A stretch of 64,000 bases of DNA, taken from the NCBI GenBank assembly GCA_024691325.1, contig JAILNR010000012.1:37999-101998 (forward strand). Direction: 5' to 3'. The notes beneath the pieces were generated by a model, which saw nothing but the letters and a program-made list of their open reading frames with translations, made no database searches and had not been told where the DNA came from. This DNA is from Saccharofermentans sp. Lineage in GTDB: Bacteria > Bacillota > Clostridia > Saccharofermentanales > Saccharofermentanaceae. Position numbers and translations under genes: made by a program. This document shows positions 55,403 through 63,922 of this stretch, piece by piece (position 1 is the first letter of the stretch; each line of letters opens with the position of its first letter).

Positions 55403-58400
55403 TCAAGTTTGGACCCGTTCACCTTTACTGTTAAAATCAACGTCTCCGCTTAAGAAATTAATTTTTCTCGGATCAACGCCCTGTGAGCTTAACATCTCGG
55501 AAATAAGGTTACTCTTAACTCTGGTACTCTTAATTACAGGTTCGATCTTGTAGTGGAAATCTCCGACGACCATAGCATTCTTTCCCTCTATCCTCGAATC
55601 AATATACGAACTGTCAATCAATACATCCGCATTTCCGTCTATTGATCCGATAGCGACACAGGACATGCTGTATATATTAAAACTCAAATCGGATTTGATA
55701 ATCTTAATATCCGAATAACCTTCATGATTACCAATACCCACAGACTTCCTGCCCGGTGCATTTAAGACAATCTTTCCATTCGTTATAACTATCTTACCGC
55801 CAAGACCGGATCCGATACCGCAGCTCTTAACACCGTTAACTTTGATGTCAATCGTACCATCAAAATCTTCAATATAGATTTCTCCGTGTTCCTTATCAGA
55901 AGCTGCACCGATACCAAACGCCTCAACATAACTCGAATCAATACTAAGATATCCGTCGCCTTCGATTCTTAGAACAGATCCCTTGGCAACACTTATTCCA
56001 CCATGAAGTCTGTTCTCGCCCTTAATCACGAGTGTAACATCAGAATACTCGTCAATATCGATTGCCTGGGCAGGGCCATCACAGCCAAAACCTGCATTCT
56101 CGAGTGTAATCCTTCCCTTGTAATTATTAGTCACATTCATCATGATGTTTGTCATGAGTTCAGGTGAACCCGATACAGTGAAATCAATAAATGTTGCCTC
56201 TTTACGGCTGACACTTATCCTCTCAATGCTCTGTTCGGATAACCTAGGAAGGAGAATTCTGCCTTCCCGGCCTGCAATATAGCACTTACTGGTACTGGAC
56301 TCCTCAAAATCGATATGGAATTTACGAATCTGCTTAACGATTTCCGGATCAATCTTATCTGTTATATTTGCAGACGGTCTTGCAGTATAAAAACCCTGAA
56401 TAAGATCAGCACCCAACAAAATAACGGTCTGAAGCTCCTCTTCAGTCTCAACGCCCTCGGCAAGTGCGAGGATACCATTATCATGAGAGAATCCGATTAT
56501 GTCTTTTACAAAATGCTGCTTTTGAGGACTGTCCTGAATACCGGACAAAAGCATACGGTCAATCTTAACGTACATCGGCATATAGCGCAGCAGGTTAGTA
56601 ACATTCGAATAACCGGTACCATAATCATCAACAGCAGTATTAACCCCCATGCTCGTATACAGCTGCTTAATATCATCGAGCTGTTCATCAGAAAGCTCGG
56701 ATTGTTCAGTCAGTTCAACAACAACTGTGCCTTTAAGTTTCTTAATTCTATCTGCAAGTATCTGTCTGTCTTCATCTGATACTTTCTGACCTGGAATAGA
56801 ATTAATGAAGACCTTTCTCGTGCCGTCAAAGATATCAGGTCTATGCTCAACTATATCCAGAACATTATAGAATGTGTCCTTCTCAACCTCTGCCAAACGT
56901 CCTGACAGTTCTGCGTAGTGTATAAACTCCGGCGGGGCGATATAAGGAGTTGAATCCGGTCTCATAAGAGCCTCATAAGCAAATATCTCTCCATCGGACG
57001 CATTTACGATAGGCTGGAAGTGGTAATTGAGTTTGTTAGATTCAAGAAGCTCATTAACACGGAATGAAATCGCCTCTTCTTCCTCCGTAAGACCTGTATT
57101 CTTAGCCTTCTGAACGCTTATCTTATTGCTGTTCTTCTTACTGATCGCAGTATTAATCAGTCTCTCAAGGTCCGTAACATTCTCAGGCTTTCCGTTCTCT
57201 ATGCCATAGTAAAGCTCAATATCCTTATCTATAGTAGAGATGGTATTAAAACTGTCGAGTTTCTGCTTCATCTGCTCATACAGAGCAAGCATCTCGGTAT
57301 CATCGCCTGAAGATGTAAGCCTCAAAGCAACAAACTCGCCATTACCAAGGCATACACAAACATTCTCAAATCCAAAGAAAATGGACTCTAACAAACCTGC
57401 GACATTGATAATGACCTTATCACCTGTCGTTCTGCCATAAGACTGATTGATCACAGACAAATCTTTAACATCAATAGCAAGTGCACTTATGTAACCGCCA
57501 CGGTTATTCATGAGAGCAATCATTGAAGGTCCGCGCGTCAGGAATCCCTGATAATTATAAAGGTTGGTAAGACTATCCCTTAAAAGACCATCCTGAACCT
57601 TAAGATCAGTCTTAACTGCATCATCATTTCTTCTTAGCACTTCAAACCCGATCATACAGGTCCTGATCCATAGTCTGACACTGTCATCTATGCACTTAAG
57701 CGGATCCTCGTATCCGATAGCTGTATATCCGAAGATCTTATCGTCGAATGCAAAAGGCAGGAAATAGTAAACCATCGGCTCATTATCATCGTTATACAGA
57801 TCCGGAAGCATGAGGCTGACATTAAAAGTCACATCAAAATTAACCGTATCACCTGTTCCCGATTTACCGCACTTAATAACTTCGAGCATATCGGTAGAGT
57901 ATTTATCATTTTCCTTTTCCCATTCCTTATTCAAGCATAAAGAGAAATGATCAAACGGTCTGATCTGATATATGTACGAGAAAATAGTATTCACAAGACC
58001 GGTAAAGTTCGCCTGATTTACAACGTCCTCATTCATATGGTTGAAGACAGAATAAACGCCGGTCTCAGAAAGCTGCGTATCCCATACACTTCTCAACATG
58101 TAATCGGGTTTTGCACTTTCACAATTACAACCGCAAGTTCTGCCGATAAATAAATCCGCGTCAGAAACAAAATCACTAATCTGACCGCCTTCAAAGAGCG
58201 CCACCATATCATTCGCAGTATGCTCACCAAACGCATACAGAGGTATATCTGCCGAAGTTAACGGAAGCGGCGCATGTTTACCCTCTTCATTGCTGTCATA
58301 ACCGATAACGGCAATATCATCAGGGATCTTGTATCCTTTTGCTATGAGTGTCTTGGCAAGTCCGATAGCCATGGCATCATTTGCACATGCGACAGCCTGA

Positions 58401-58993
58401 GGAAGCTTAACACTCGGTTTTGTTATTCTCTCTGCGACACTCTCACCGCTTGAATACCAGAAATCTCCGAAGAAGATCCTGCTCTCATCAACCGCAATAC
58501 CATGATCCGTTAAAGAATCCTTATAAGCCTGAAGCCTCTTCTTGGAATGAGGATGCCACGATTTACCTGTAAGGAAAGCAATATCCGTATAGTTATGAAC
58601 CTCGATAAGATGATCTATAAGTTTCTTAATAGGATAGTAGTTATCCTGATATTCGACAGGGTAAACATCAGAATCACCTTCAACGATGATAACCTTCCCC
58701 TTGAATTCTTTCTTAAGTCTCTTATGGATACTCTCATAAACTCCGGGAGTCTGAATGCTGTCCGCCAGGACAACCACACCGTCAAACTTATCAAAATTAA
58801 TCAGATTGAAAATTGAAGAATCGCTTACTTCACGTTCCGGAGAATCCTGATACTTCTGAAACATGGAAAAGACGCACACATCCATACCGGCTTCAACTGC
58901 AACAGAATTGAACCCCTGTATAAACAGTTCCTGACAATACTCCTCAGGCTGTCCACATAGAAGTGCTAATCTTCTTCTGCTCAAACCATTCAC
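55403..58993 (-). CDS. Cytoplasmic multidomain c-di-GMP phosphodiesterase with four regions: a LacI-type sugar-binding fold, a degenerate GGDEF domain, an intact EAL domain and a C-terminal GIG-repeat beta-solenoid-like domain
   Basis: 1196 aa with no TM helix.
- The N-terminus resembles a periplasmic-binding-protein fold without an HTH (ACANDAMAIGL..IPDDIAVIGYD).
- The GGDEF fold starts at RDSLTNLYNYQGF, and its signature reads LGNGEF.
- The EAL motifs are all present: EALMRP, NSIP, VELTE, DDYGTGYS, KIDR, EGVETEE and IQGF.
- The last roughly 300 aa contain repeated GIG segments (AFGIGAAS, SCGIGSGLGG, SVGIGNHEG, VAIGSIDG). Confidence 0.85.
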   Translation of the reverse strand: MNGLSRRRLALLCGQPEEYCQELFIQGFNSVAVEAGMDVCVFSMFQKYQDSPEREVSDSSIFNLINFDKFDGVVVLADSIQTPGVYESIHKRLKKEFKGKVIIVEGDSDVYPVEYQDNYYPIKKLIDHLIEVHNYTDIAFLTGKSWHPHSKKRLQAYKDSLTDHGIAVDESRIFFGDFWYSSGESVAERITKPSVKLPQAVACANDAMAIGLAKTLIAKGYKIPDDIAVIGYDSNEEGKHAPLPLTSADIPLYAFGEHTANDMVALFEGGQISDFVSDADLFIGRTCGCNCESAKPDYMLRSVWDTQLSETGVYSVFNHMNEDVVNQANFTGLVNTIFSYIYQIRPFDHFSLCLNKEWEKENDKYSTDMLEVIKCGKSGTGDTVNFDVTFNVSLMLPDLYNDDNEPMVYYFLPFAFDDKIFGYTAIGYEDPLKCIDDSVRLWIRTCMIGFEVLRRNDDAVKTDLKVQDGLLRDSLTNLYNYQGFLTRGPSMIALMNNRGGYISALAIDVKDLSVINQSYGRTTGDKVIINVAGLLESIFFGFENVCVCLGNGEFVALRLTSSGDDTEMLALYEQMKQKLDSFNTISTIDKDIELYYGIENGKPENVTDLERLINTAISKKNSNKISVQKAKNTGLTEEEEAISFRVNELLESNKLNYHFQPIVNASDGEIFAYEALMRPDSTPYIAPPEFIHYAELSGRLAEVEKDTFYNVLDIVEHRPDIFDGTRKVFINSIPGQKVSDEDRQILADRIKKLKGTVVVELTEQSELSDEQLDDIKQLYTSMGVNTAVDDYGTGYSNVTNLLRYMPMYVKIDRMLLSGIQDSPQKQHFVKDIIGFSHDNGILALAEGVETEEELQTVILLGADLIQGFYTARPSANITDKIDPEIVKQIRKFHIDFEESSTSKCYIAGREGRILLPRLSEQSIERISVSRKEATFIDFTVSGSPELMTNIMMNVTNNYKGRITLENAGFGCDGPAQAIDIDEYSDVTLVIKGENRLHGGISVAKGSVLRIEGDGYLSIDSSYVEAFGIGAASDKEHGEIYIEDFDGTIDIKVNGVKSCGIGSGLGGKIVITNGKIVLNAPGRKSVGIGNHEGYSDIKIIKSDLSFNIYSMSCVAIGSIDGNADVLIDSSYIDSRIEGKNAMVVGDFHYKIEPVIKSTRVKSNLISEMLSSQGVDPRKINFLSGDVDFNSKGERVQT

Positions 58994-59037
58994 TCTCCGT
59001 CAGATATTAGGTAGTCTCTACCAAATTAATTATAACA

Positions 59038-59046
59038 AATTATCAA
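59038..59046 (-). promoter_or_regulatory. Extended -10 promoter element upstream of the 1196-aa gene
   Basis: The minus strand reads TGTTATAAT (TGnTATAAT), 45 nt upstream of ATG 58993. Confidence 0.35.
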
Positions 59047-59078
59047 ACTCATTAATGAAATATTAAGTAAACAATCAG

Positions 59079-59801
59079 TTAAGGCTTTTTCCTGATTCTG
59101 TTCTTCTGAGGAACGATAACGAGTCTTGTCACACAGGAATCAAGACTAAGATCCAGAGCTGATTTTACTGTTGATGCAACGTCTTCAGGATCAAGATGAC
59201 ATAAAGGGTCCTCATCAGCCTTGAAATCCGCATTTCTGTAAAGATTAGTATCCGTCATATCGGGACAAATCTCTATGACCTTTACACCGTTCTTTCTCGA
59301 CTCTTCAAAAATACTCGAAGAGAAACTTGATAAACCGGCTTTAAGAGCCCCGTAAGCGGCACCGTAAGTATTAGTCTTAAAAGCCGTCACAGATGATATA
59401 TTAATGATCGTGCCATATCCCCTTCTTTTAAAAACAGGAAGAAAATGAGAAGAAAGTATCATCGGAGCTTCAAGATTTGTCCTTACCATCGTCTTAAGAT
59501 CATCAACATCTATATTCTCGTGAAGTCCGTAAAACCCTACTCCTGCGCAATTAACAAGAATGCAGGTATTATCAAATCCGCTTACGGTTTCAATCAGCTT
59601 CTTTGTATCAGTCACATCGCATTCGATTGTATTGAATGAGTAGTCCGTATCATTATCAAAATGACGTCCTATTCCATTTACAACATAACCTTCACCTGCA
59701 AGCATATTGCATATGGCAAGGCCGATGCCTGAAGACGCACCGGTGACAAGAGCCGATCTGTCAGAAGATGTACAATTTTGATCCAAAGCCTGCTCCTTCA
59801 A
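59079..59801 (-). CDS. Short-chain dehydrogenase/reductase (SDR)
   Basis: TGASSGIG cofactor motif, the NISS region and YGALKAG (YxxxK). An alternative TTG start at 59786 has AAGGAG 6 nt upstream. Confidence 0.9.
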   Translation of the reverse strand: MKEQALDQNCTSSDRSALVTGASSGIGLAICNMLAGEGYVVNGIGRHFDNDTDYSFNTIECDVTDTKKLIETVSGFDNTCILVNCAGVGFYGLHENIDVDDLKTMVRTNLEAPMILSSHFLPVFKRRGYGTIINISSVTAFKTNTYGAAYGALKAGLSSFSSSIFEESRKNGVKVIEICPDMTDTNLYRNADFKADEDPLCHLDPEDVASTVKSALDLSLDSCVTRLVIVPQKNRIRKKP

Positions 59802-60756
59802 AACGATCTTTCAGAACACCAATCATCCTGTCCTTAAGGTCCTTAGGATAAACACAGAATCCGTTCTCTCTGTCAAACGGAAAAAGAACCGCCGGAGAAT
59901 CAGGACTGCCTTTCCTTAAGTTCAACAGATAATCCGATGATATCCTGAACGTGCCGATGCTTATGTCTTTGACCTTTTGAATATCTATATTCCTGATTAT
60001 GGTATCTGCAAAATCATTGTAGCATACCTCATAATCCCTGATATAAATAATAGGGTCAAAACAAAGGCGAACCTTAGCCCCCGAATCAATCGCTTTATTA
60101 ACAGATTCAATGCGTTTTTCAAGCGACGGTGTATTCTTCTCATACTCCTTTATTATCAAACCGGGAGAAAGCGTGAAAGCGTATATGAGGTTATTACACG
60201 GTACCGCATTATTAACGACAGACTTTGTACGAAGTTCAATAGTAAGATCCCTGTTATGTAATGCCAGTTCTTCCCAGACTCTTTGCCAGGAACAGATAGA
60301 CGACAGAGCTGTTATATCGGTGTCGTATGAAGCACAAAGATACATGGGACCTTCCTTAAGCTTGTCTTCACACTCCTTTATGTACTCATCTGTATTTACA
60401 AAGATAACGATATTGGATGTGCCGTACATGCCTTTAAGGAAACAATAGTCACAGTTAAATACACAGTTCATCGCCGACTGAACATAATAAAACTTACCGT
60501 ACCCGAAGTCCTGGCACACAGGTGAAGCATCAAATATCTTTCTTCCCCTGTTAACCGCGAGTATCAGATTCTTCGACCTGCTTTGTACTGCGCTGTCCTG
60601 TCCCGGCCTGTTAAACACATCCTTATAATGCTTGATCCTGACAATAATGCTTCCGGGGAAATGCTTCAGCACCTCATCAGCCATAGGATATCCCAGGGCA
60701 TCTTCCTCCACATAGATATGGGAAAAATTAGAAGGAAGTAAGTCTGCTGCGCACAC
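59761..60756 (-). CDS. Spore-photoproduct-lyase-family radical SAM protein
   Basis: 331 aa. The CxxxCxxC cluster is CVFNCDYC. It is collinear with B. subtilis SplB as I recall it: FSHIYVEEDALGYP, KNLILAVNRGRKIFDAS, CDYCFLKGMYG..IVIFVN and EKNTPSLEKRIESVNKAIDSG. GTG start with AAGGAGG 9 nt upstream. Confidence 0.82.
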   Translation of the reverse strand: MCAADLLPSNFSHIYVEEDALGYPMADEVLKHFPGSIIVRIKHYKDVFNRPGQDSAVQSRSKNLILAVNRGRKIFDASPVCQDFGYGKFYYVQSAMNCVFNCDYCFLKGMYGTSNIVIFVNTDEYIKECEDKLKEGPMYLCASYDTDITALSSICSWQRVWEELALHNRDLTIELRTKSVVNNAVPCNNLIYAFTLSPGLIIKEYEKNTPSLEKRIESVNKAIDSGAKVRLCFDPIIYIRDYEVCYNDFADTIIRNIDIQKVKDISIGTFRISSDYLLNLRKGSPDSPAVLFPFDRENGFCVYPKDLKDRMIGVLKDRFEGAGFGSKLYIF

Positions 60757-61483
60757 GGGCTATTACCTCCTTGCCTTCCTTACGGGATGAAACCAGACCT
60801 GCTCCCTCCTGTTCGAAAAGTTCACTTCCGTCAATTCCAATGCTTCGGGCAAAATCCATAAGTTCGCACACCTGGACCTGCATAGATGCCGAAGAATGAA
60901 GTTTTTGGTTTATGTCATCGTAACAGGGTGAAGCTGTACTATGATCCAACCCCGCAAGTATCTGATCTATCAGTGATTTTATTGAAGGAAGATACTCATT
61001 CATCATATTGCTGACGCCTTCTTCAGTAACGCCCTCAACATTACCGTTGTCACTTACAACTTTGATAAAGAACATTCTGTCGGGACTTATTATCTTGCTT
61101 CCTGCCATGAATATAGCCGATGCTTCCATATCATACAAAGTAAAAGGCTCAGGATCAGTCTTAACCCTGTCTACAGTTATAAGATGAGCTTCCGGAAAAC
61201 CTTTTACTCTTAACATGTCAGGATAATAATCCCTGCCTGTTGATTCATCGGTGATTTTATTTACAAGGAACAGACCATGTAGATTAGAAGCTCCGCATGT
61301 ACCGATATTGATTATTACATCATTATTGTGTTCACTTCGTGTATTTTTGCCCGGGAAAGTTCTTCCCAAAGCAAATGCAGCATTAACTTTCCCAATGCCC
61401 GTAAGAATTATCTTAAGGTCATCTGATTCAAGCTGTTTTAACGGGGCTATCTCACAATTAATGGCTGCAAACACATAAATCAT
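60728..61483 (-). CDS. MTA/SAH (5'-deoxyadenosine) nucleosidase-family protein with a C-terminal extension
   Basis: PNP_UDP_1 fold motifs TGIGKVNAAFAL, VIINIGTCGA, YDMEASAIF and VVSD, plus about 90 extra C-terminal residues. The start is set at MIYVF (ATG 61483) because the ORF-track extension runs into the tRNA terminator. Confidence 0.78.
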   Translation of the reverse strand: MIYVFAAINCEIAPLKQLESDDLKIILTGIGKVNAAFALGRTFPGKNTRSEHNNDVIINIGTCGASNLHGLFLVNKITDESTGRDYYPDMLRVKGFPEAHLITVDRVKTDPEPFTLYDMEASAIFMAGSKIISPDRMFFIKVVSDNGNVEGVTEEGVSNMMNEYLPSIKSLIDQILAGLDHSTASPCYDDINQKLHSSASMQVQVCELMDFARSIGIDGSELFEQEGAGLVSSRKEGKEVIARVRSRLTSF

Positions 61484-61499
61484 AGGGAAATTATACAAC

Positions 61500-61525
61500 A
61501 AAAAACCGGAACCCACAGGTTCCGG
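61500..61525 (-). terminator. Rho-independent terminator after the tRNA pair
   Basis: Arms ccggaacc (61506-13) and ggttccgg (61518-25) with a 4-nt loop and six U on the minus strand. Confidence 0.7.
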
Positions 61526-61530
61526 CTGAC

Positions 61531-61607
61531 TGGTTGCGGAGGCGGGACTCGAACCACACGACCTCCGGGTTATGAGCCCGGCAAGCTACCAACTGCTCCA
61601 CTCCGCG
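61531..61607 (-). tRNA. Initiator tRNA-Met (CAU), CCA encoded, with a 1-nt bulge in the T stem
   Basis: The minus strand reads CGCGGAG..CCGGGCUCAUAACCCGG..CUCCGCAACCA. It has a C1-A72 mismatch and three G-C pairs closing the anticodon stem, both initiator hallmarks. It is 77 nt long. The T stem GUG(U)GG / CCCGC pairs only if one U bulges out. Confidence 0.8.
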
Positions 61608-61629
61608 ATATTGGTATTTGCTTTTGATA

Positions 61630-61716
61630 TGGTGCTCGTGACCGGACTTGAACCGGTACGGATTTTACTCCGACGGATTTTAAGTCCGTTGCGTCTGCCG
61701 ATTCCGCCACACGAGC
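61630..61716 (-). tRNA. tRNA-Leu (UAA), CCA encoded
   Basis: 87 nt. Acceptor stem GCUCGUG/CACGAGC, anticodon loop CUUAAAA, a long variable arm CGGAGUAAAAUCCGU and T arm ACCGG-UUCAAGU-CCGGU. Confidence 0.92.
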
Positions 61717-61734
61717 CTGTTCAAATGCTCAAAG

Positions 61735-61763
61735 ATGATATCACCCGTTTATCACGGTGTCAA
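61735..61763 (-). promoter_or_regulatory. Candidate promoter of the tRNA-Leu/tRNA-fMet unit
   Basis: The minus strand has TTGACA, a 17-nt spacer and TATCAT, ending about 19 nt before the tRNA-Leu 5' end. Confidence 0.5.
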
Positions 61764-61798
61764 GTTATGTCCGTTTCATTACACATCGCATTGAAGAA

Positions 61799-61826
61799 TT
61801 GAAAAATACTATTTTATTTATATAAT
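61799..61826 (+). promoter_or_regulatory. Candidate promoter of the repeat-protein gene
   Basis: TTGAAA (61799-804), a 16-nt spacer and TATAAT (61821-26). GAGAGG RBS before ATG 61862. Confidence 0.45.
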
Positions 61827-61861
61827 TTTTATATAGTTTTCAGACAAAGAGAGGTTACGGA

Positions 61862-63871
61862 ATGATTATTGATCCCGAGAATGAAAATAAGAATGAGAAT
61901 CAGCCCATCGATACAAATCCGGATGAGTTTGTAGATTCTTCCTTCATGATATCTCTTAAAGGAGGCGACAACGCTTCTGTTTCCGACAAGATCAAAGAGA
62001 GCGCAGAGGCACAAAGCGGTATGCCCTCTAATGAATTCGATGATCTCGATGATTTTGATTTTGATCCTAACGTATCAGCATTTAAGCCTCTTGCAAATGC
62101 TGTAACTAATGAACCTGTGAAGAAGCCCGAGGTTAAGCCTGAGCCCGAAGCATCCGCTCCGGTTTCAACAAAGGCAGCCGACAAGACAGACTTCGAGAAA
62201 GTTGCAGATGCAAACGATCCCGCCTTTAAGAACGGTGATGTTGATTTCGATGCATTTACGGGTATTAAAGAAGATAAGAATGTTGAAGACCAAAAGCTTT
62301 TCGAGGCAGGCAATGATATTGATTTTGCTGCTTCCACAGCATCTAATGCTTTAGCAACACCCGTTGTGGACGATCTCGAACTTGATGAGGAAGCACTTGC
62401 TATCAATCCTTTCGCACCCAAGAACGGAGCAAGCATTCCTGCTGCACCCGTAAAGCCTGCCAAAGAAGAGGTCGAGGCTGCTAATGTTAAGACTTACGGC
62501 AAAGTTTCAAGCGGTGTAAACGCATTTAAGCGCGATAACAAGAAGGAAGAAACTAAGGCAAAAGAGCAGCCTGCCAAGAATGAGCAGCCGCCTGTAGTTC
62601 CTGCACAGGGTGGAATAATAGGTCAGGCTAATGCCATGAATGCATCAAAGGGATCTCCCTTCCAGCCCCGCAAGAAGCAGGACAATGCACCCAAGGCAGC
62701 ACCACAGGCAGCACCACAGGCAGCACACCAGGCAGCACCTAAGGCAGCACCTAAGGCTGCAGACAAAGCACCCGCTGTACCTAAGACTAATGAAGTTCCC
62801 AAAGCTTCAAATGCACCTGTTCCTCCTAAGGCAGCACCCGCTCCGCATACAGCACCTGCGGCTAACCATAACGCACCTAAAGCAGAGCAGAAAGCTCCTT
62901 CTCAGTCTATTTTCGTTGGAGGACCTGCACCCGAACCCGAAGCGGCACCTTCTCCTTTTGTAAACACCAAGGCACCGGCTTCCGGTTCTTCTAATATTGC
63001 ACCCAGTCCGAGACCTATTCCCAGGCCGAATACAAGACCTGCCGCAACAAAAACAGAGTCAAGACCCGGCGGCGGATATACACCTTCTCATGCTGAGCAT
63101 CAGGGTAATATTGCTCCTGTTACACAGGTTAAGAAGTCAAAGCGTAAGTCTAAGGCTGACAAGCCCGTTAAGGAACCCGGCAAGGGCGGTATCTTCGCTT
63201 TAATCGGTGTTCTCGCAGGAATCTTTGTTGTCTTGTGGGTAATCGATAACTATCAGAACTGGTTTGGCGGAAAGGAAGATACTGTTCCTACACAGGTAAC
63301 TGCAGTTACAACAGTTGACAGTACTCAAGATGAGACTGAACCCTTGGAAACTTCTGTCGAAGCAATAGTTGAAACAACTGAGGCTACGACTGCTCCCGAG
63401 ACAGAACAGACCGAGGAGACAACAGCCGAAGAAACTGAAGAAACAGAGGAAACAACGGAAGAAACAACCGAGGAGACTACTGTAGAGACGACAGAGGAAA
63501 CTACTGAGGAGACTACGGGTACAACACGCTCTTCCGGCAACGAATCACGTGTAAGTTGCAGTTACACGATCGAGAATCCCCGCGTTACTTCTGACGGATT
63601 CCATTTTGACTTCGCTATCACAAACAATGGTGATGACCTTAATATCAGCAGATTGAATGAGATCACAATCTCGTTTAACACAGCAGCTGATATCACTTCT
63701 TTATCATCGGATTACTTCACATTTACAGCTAACGGTGATAATGAATTCACAGGTACTCCGAGATCAGGTACTCTTCCTGCCGGAGAAACAACAAATATCA
63801 CGATCAATGCTGTTACGGATGAAAGCGTTCAGCACTTCTACATCTCAACATATCACTTCGATTGGGACTGA
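61862..63871 (+). CDS. Bitopic membrane protein with long disordered Pro/Ala/Lys-rich and Thr/Glu-rich repeat regions and a small C-terminal beta domain
   Basis: 669 aa. An acidic N-terminus, then (A/P)xKAAPQAAP repeats, a single TM helix (GGIFALIGVLAGIFVVLWVI), (EETT)n repeats, and a non-repetitive tail of about 115 aa. Confidence 0.75.
   Translation: MIIDPENENKNENQPIDTNPDEFVDSSFMISLKGGDNASVSDKIKESAEAQSGMPSNEFDDLDDFDFDPNVSAFKPLANAVTNEPVKKPEVKPEPEASAPVSTKAADKTDFEKVADANDPAFKNGDVDFDAFTGIKEDKNVEDQKLFEAGNDIDFAASTASNALATPVVDDLELDEEALAINPFAPKNGASIPAAPVKPAKEEVEAANVKTYGKVSSGVNAFKRDNKKEETKAKEQPAKNEQPPVVPAQGGIIGQANAMNASKGSPFQPRKKQDNAPKAAPQAAPQAAHQAAPKAAPKAADKAPAVPKTNEVPKASNAPVPPKAAPAPHTAPAANHNAPKAEQKAPSQSIFVGGPAPEPEAAPSPFVNTKAPASGSSNIAPSPRPIPRPNTRPAATKTESRPGGGYTPSHAEHQGNIAPVTQVKKSKRKSKADKPVKEPGKGGIFALIGVLAGIFVVLWVIDNYQNWFGGKEDTVPTQVTAVTTVDSTQDETEPLETSVEAIVETTEATTAPETEQTEETTAEETEETEETTEETTEETTVETTEETTEETTGTTRSSGNESRVSCSYTIENPRVTSDGFHFDFAITNNGDDLNISRLNEITISFNTAADITSLSSDYFTFTANGDNEFTGTPRSGTLPAGETTNITINAVTDESVQHFYISTYHFDWD
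62687..62770 (+). repeat. About 7 tandem copies of a 12-nt unit (GCACCNMAGGCA)
   Basis: It reads gcacccaaggca gcaccacaggca gcaccacaggca gcacaccaggca gcacctaaggca gcacctaaggct gcagacaaagca, in frame, encoding APKAAPQAAPQAAHQAAPKAAPKAADKA. Confidence 0.85.
63397..63525 (+). repeat. Imperfect tandem 12-nt repeats encoding (EETT)n
   Basis: GAAGAAACWACN-type units encode ETEQTEETTAEETEETEETTEETTEETTVETTEETTEETTGTT. The repeats also create an artefactual antisense ORF (63325..63540). Confidence 0.8.
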
Positions 63872-63888
63872 TGATCAGTTAACAGTAT

Positions 63889-63922
63889 AAAAAAGAGGCT
63901 GTCAGTCGACAGCCTCTTTTAT
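63889..63922. terminator. Bidirectional rho-independent terminator
   Basis: 11-bp arms aagaggctgtc (63893-903) and gacagcctctt (63908-918) with a 4-nt loop. An A-run lies upstream and a T-run downstream. Confidence 0.75.

Noticed and set aside
61572-61802. 76-aa plus-strand ORF
   Set aside because: It lies entirely over the two tRNA genes and their promoter, so it is an artefact of structured RNA sequence.
61900-62463. 187-aa minus-strand ORF, plus the ORFs at 62640..62963, 62997..63203 and 63325..63540
   Set aside because: All lie inside the repeat-protein gene. They are antisense or alternative-frame read-throughs created by the low-complexity GC-rich repeats (for example the VVSS repeats).
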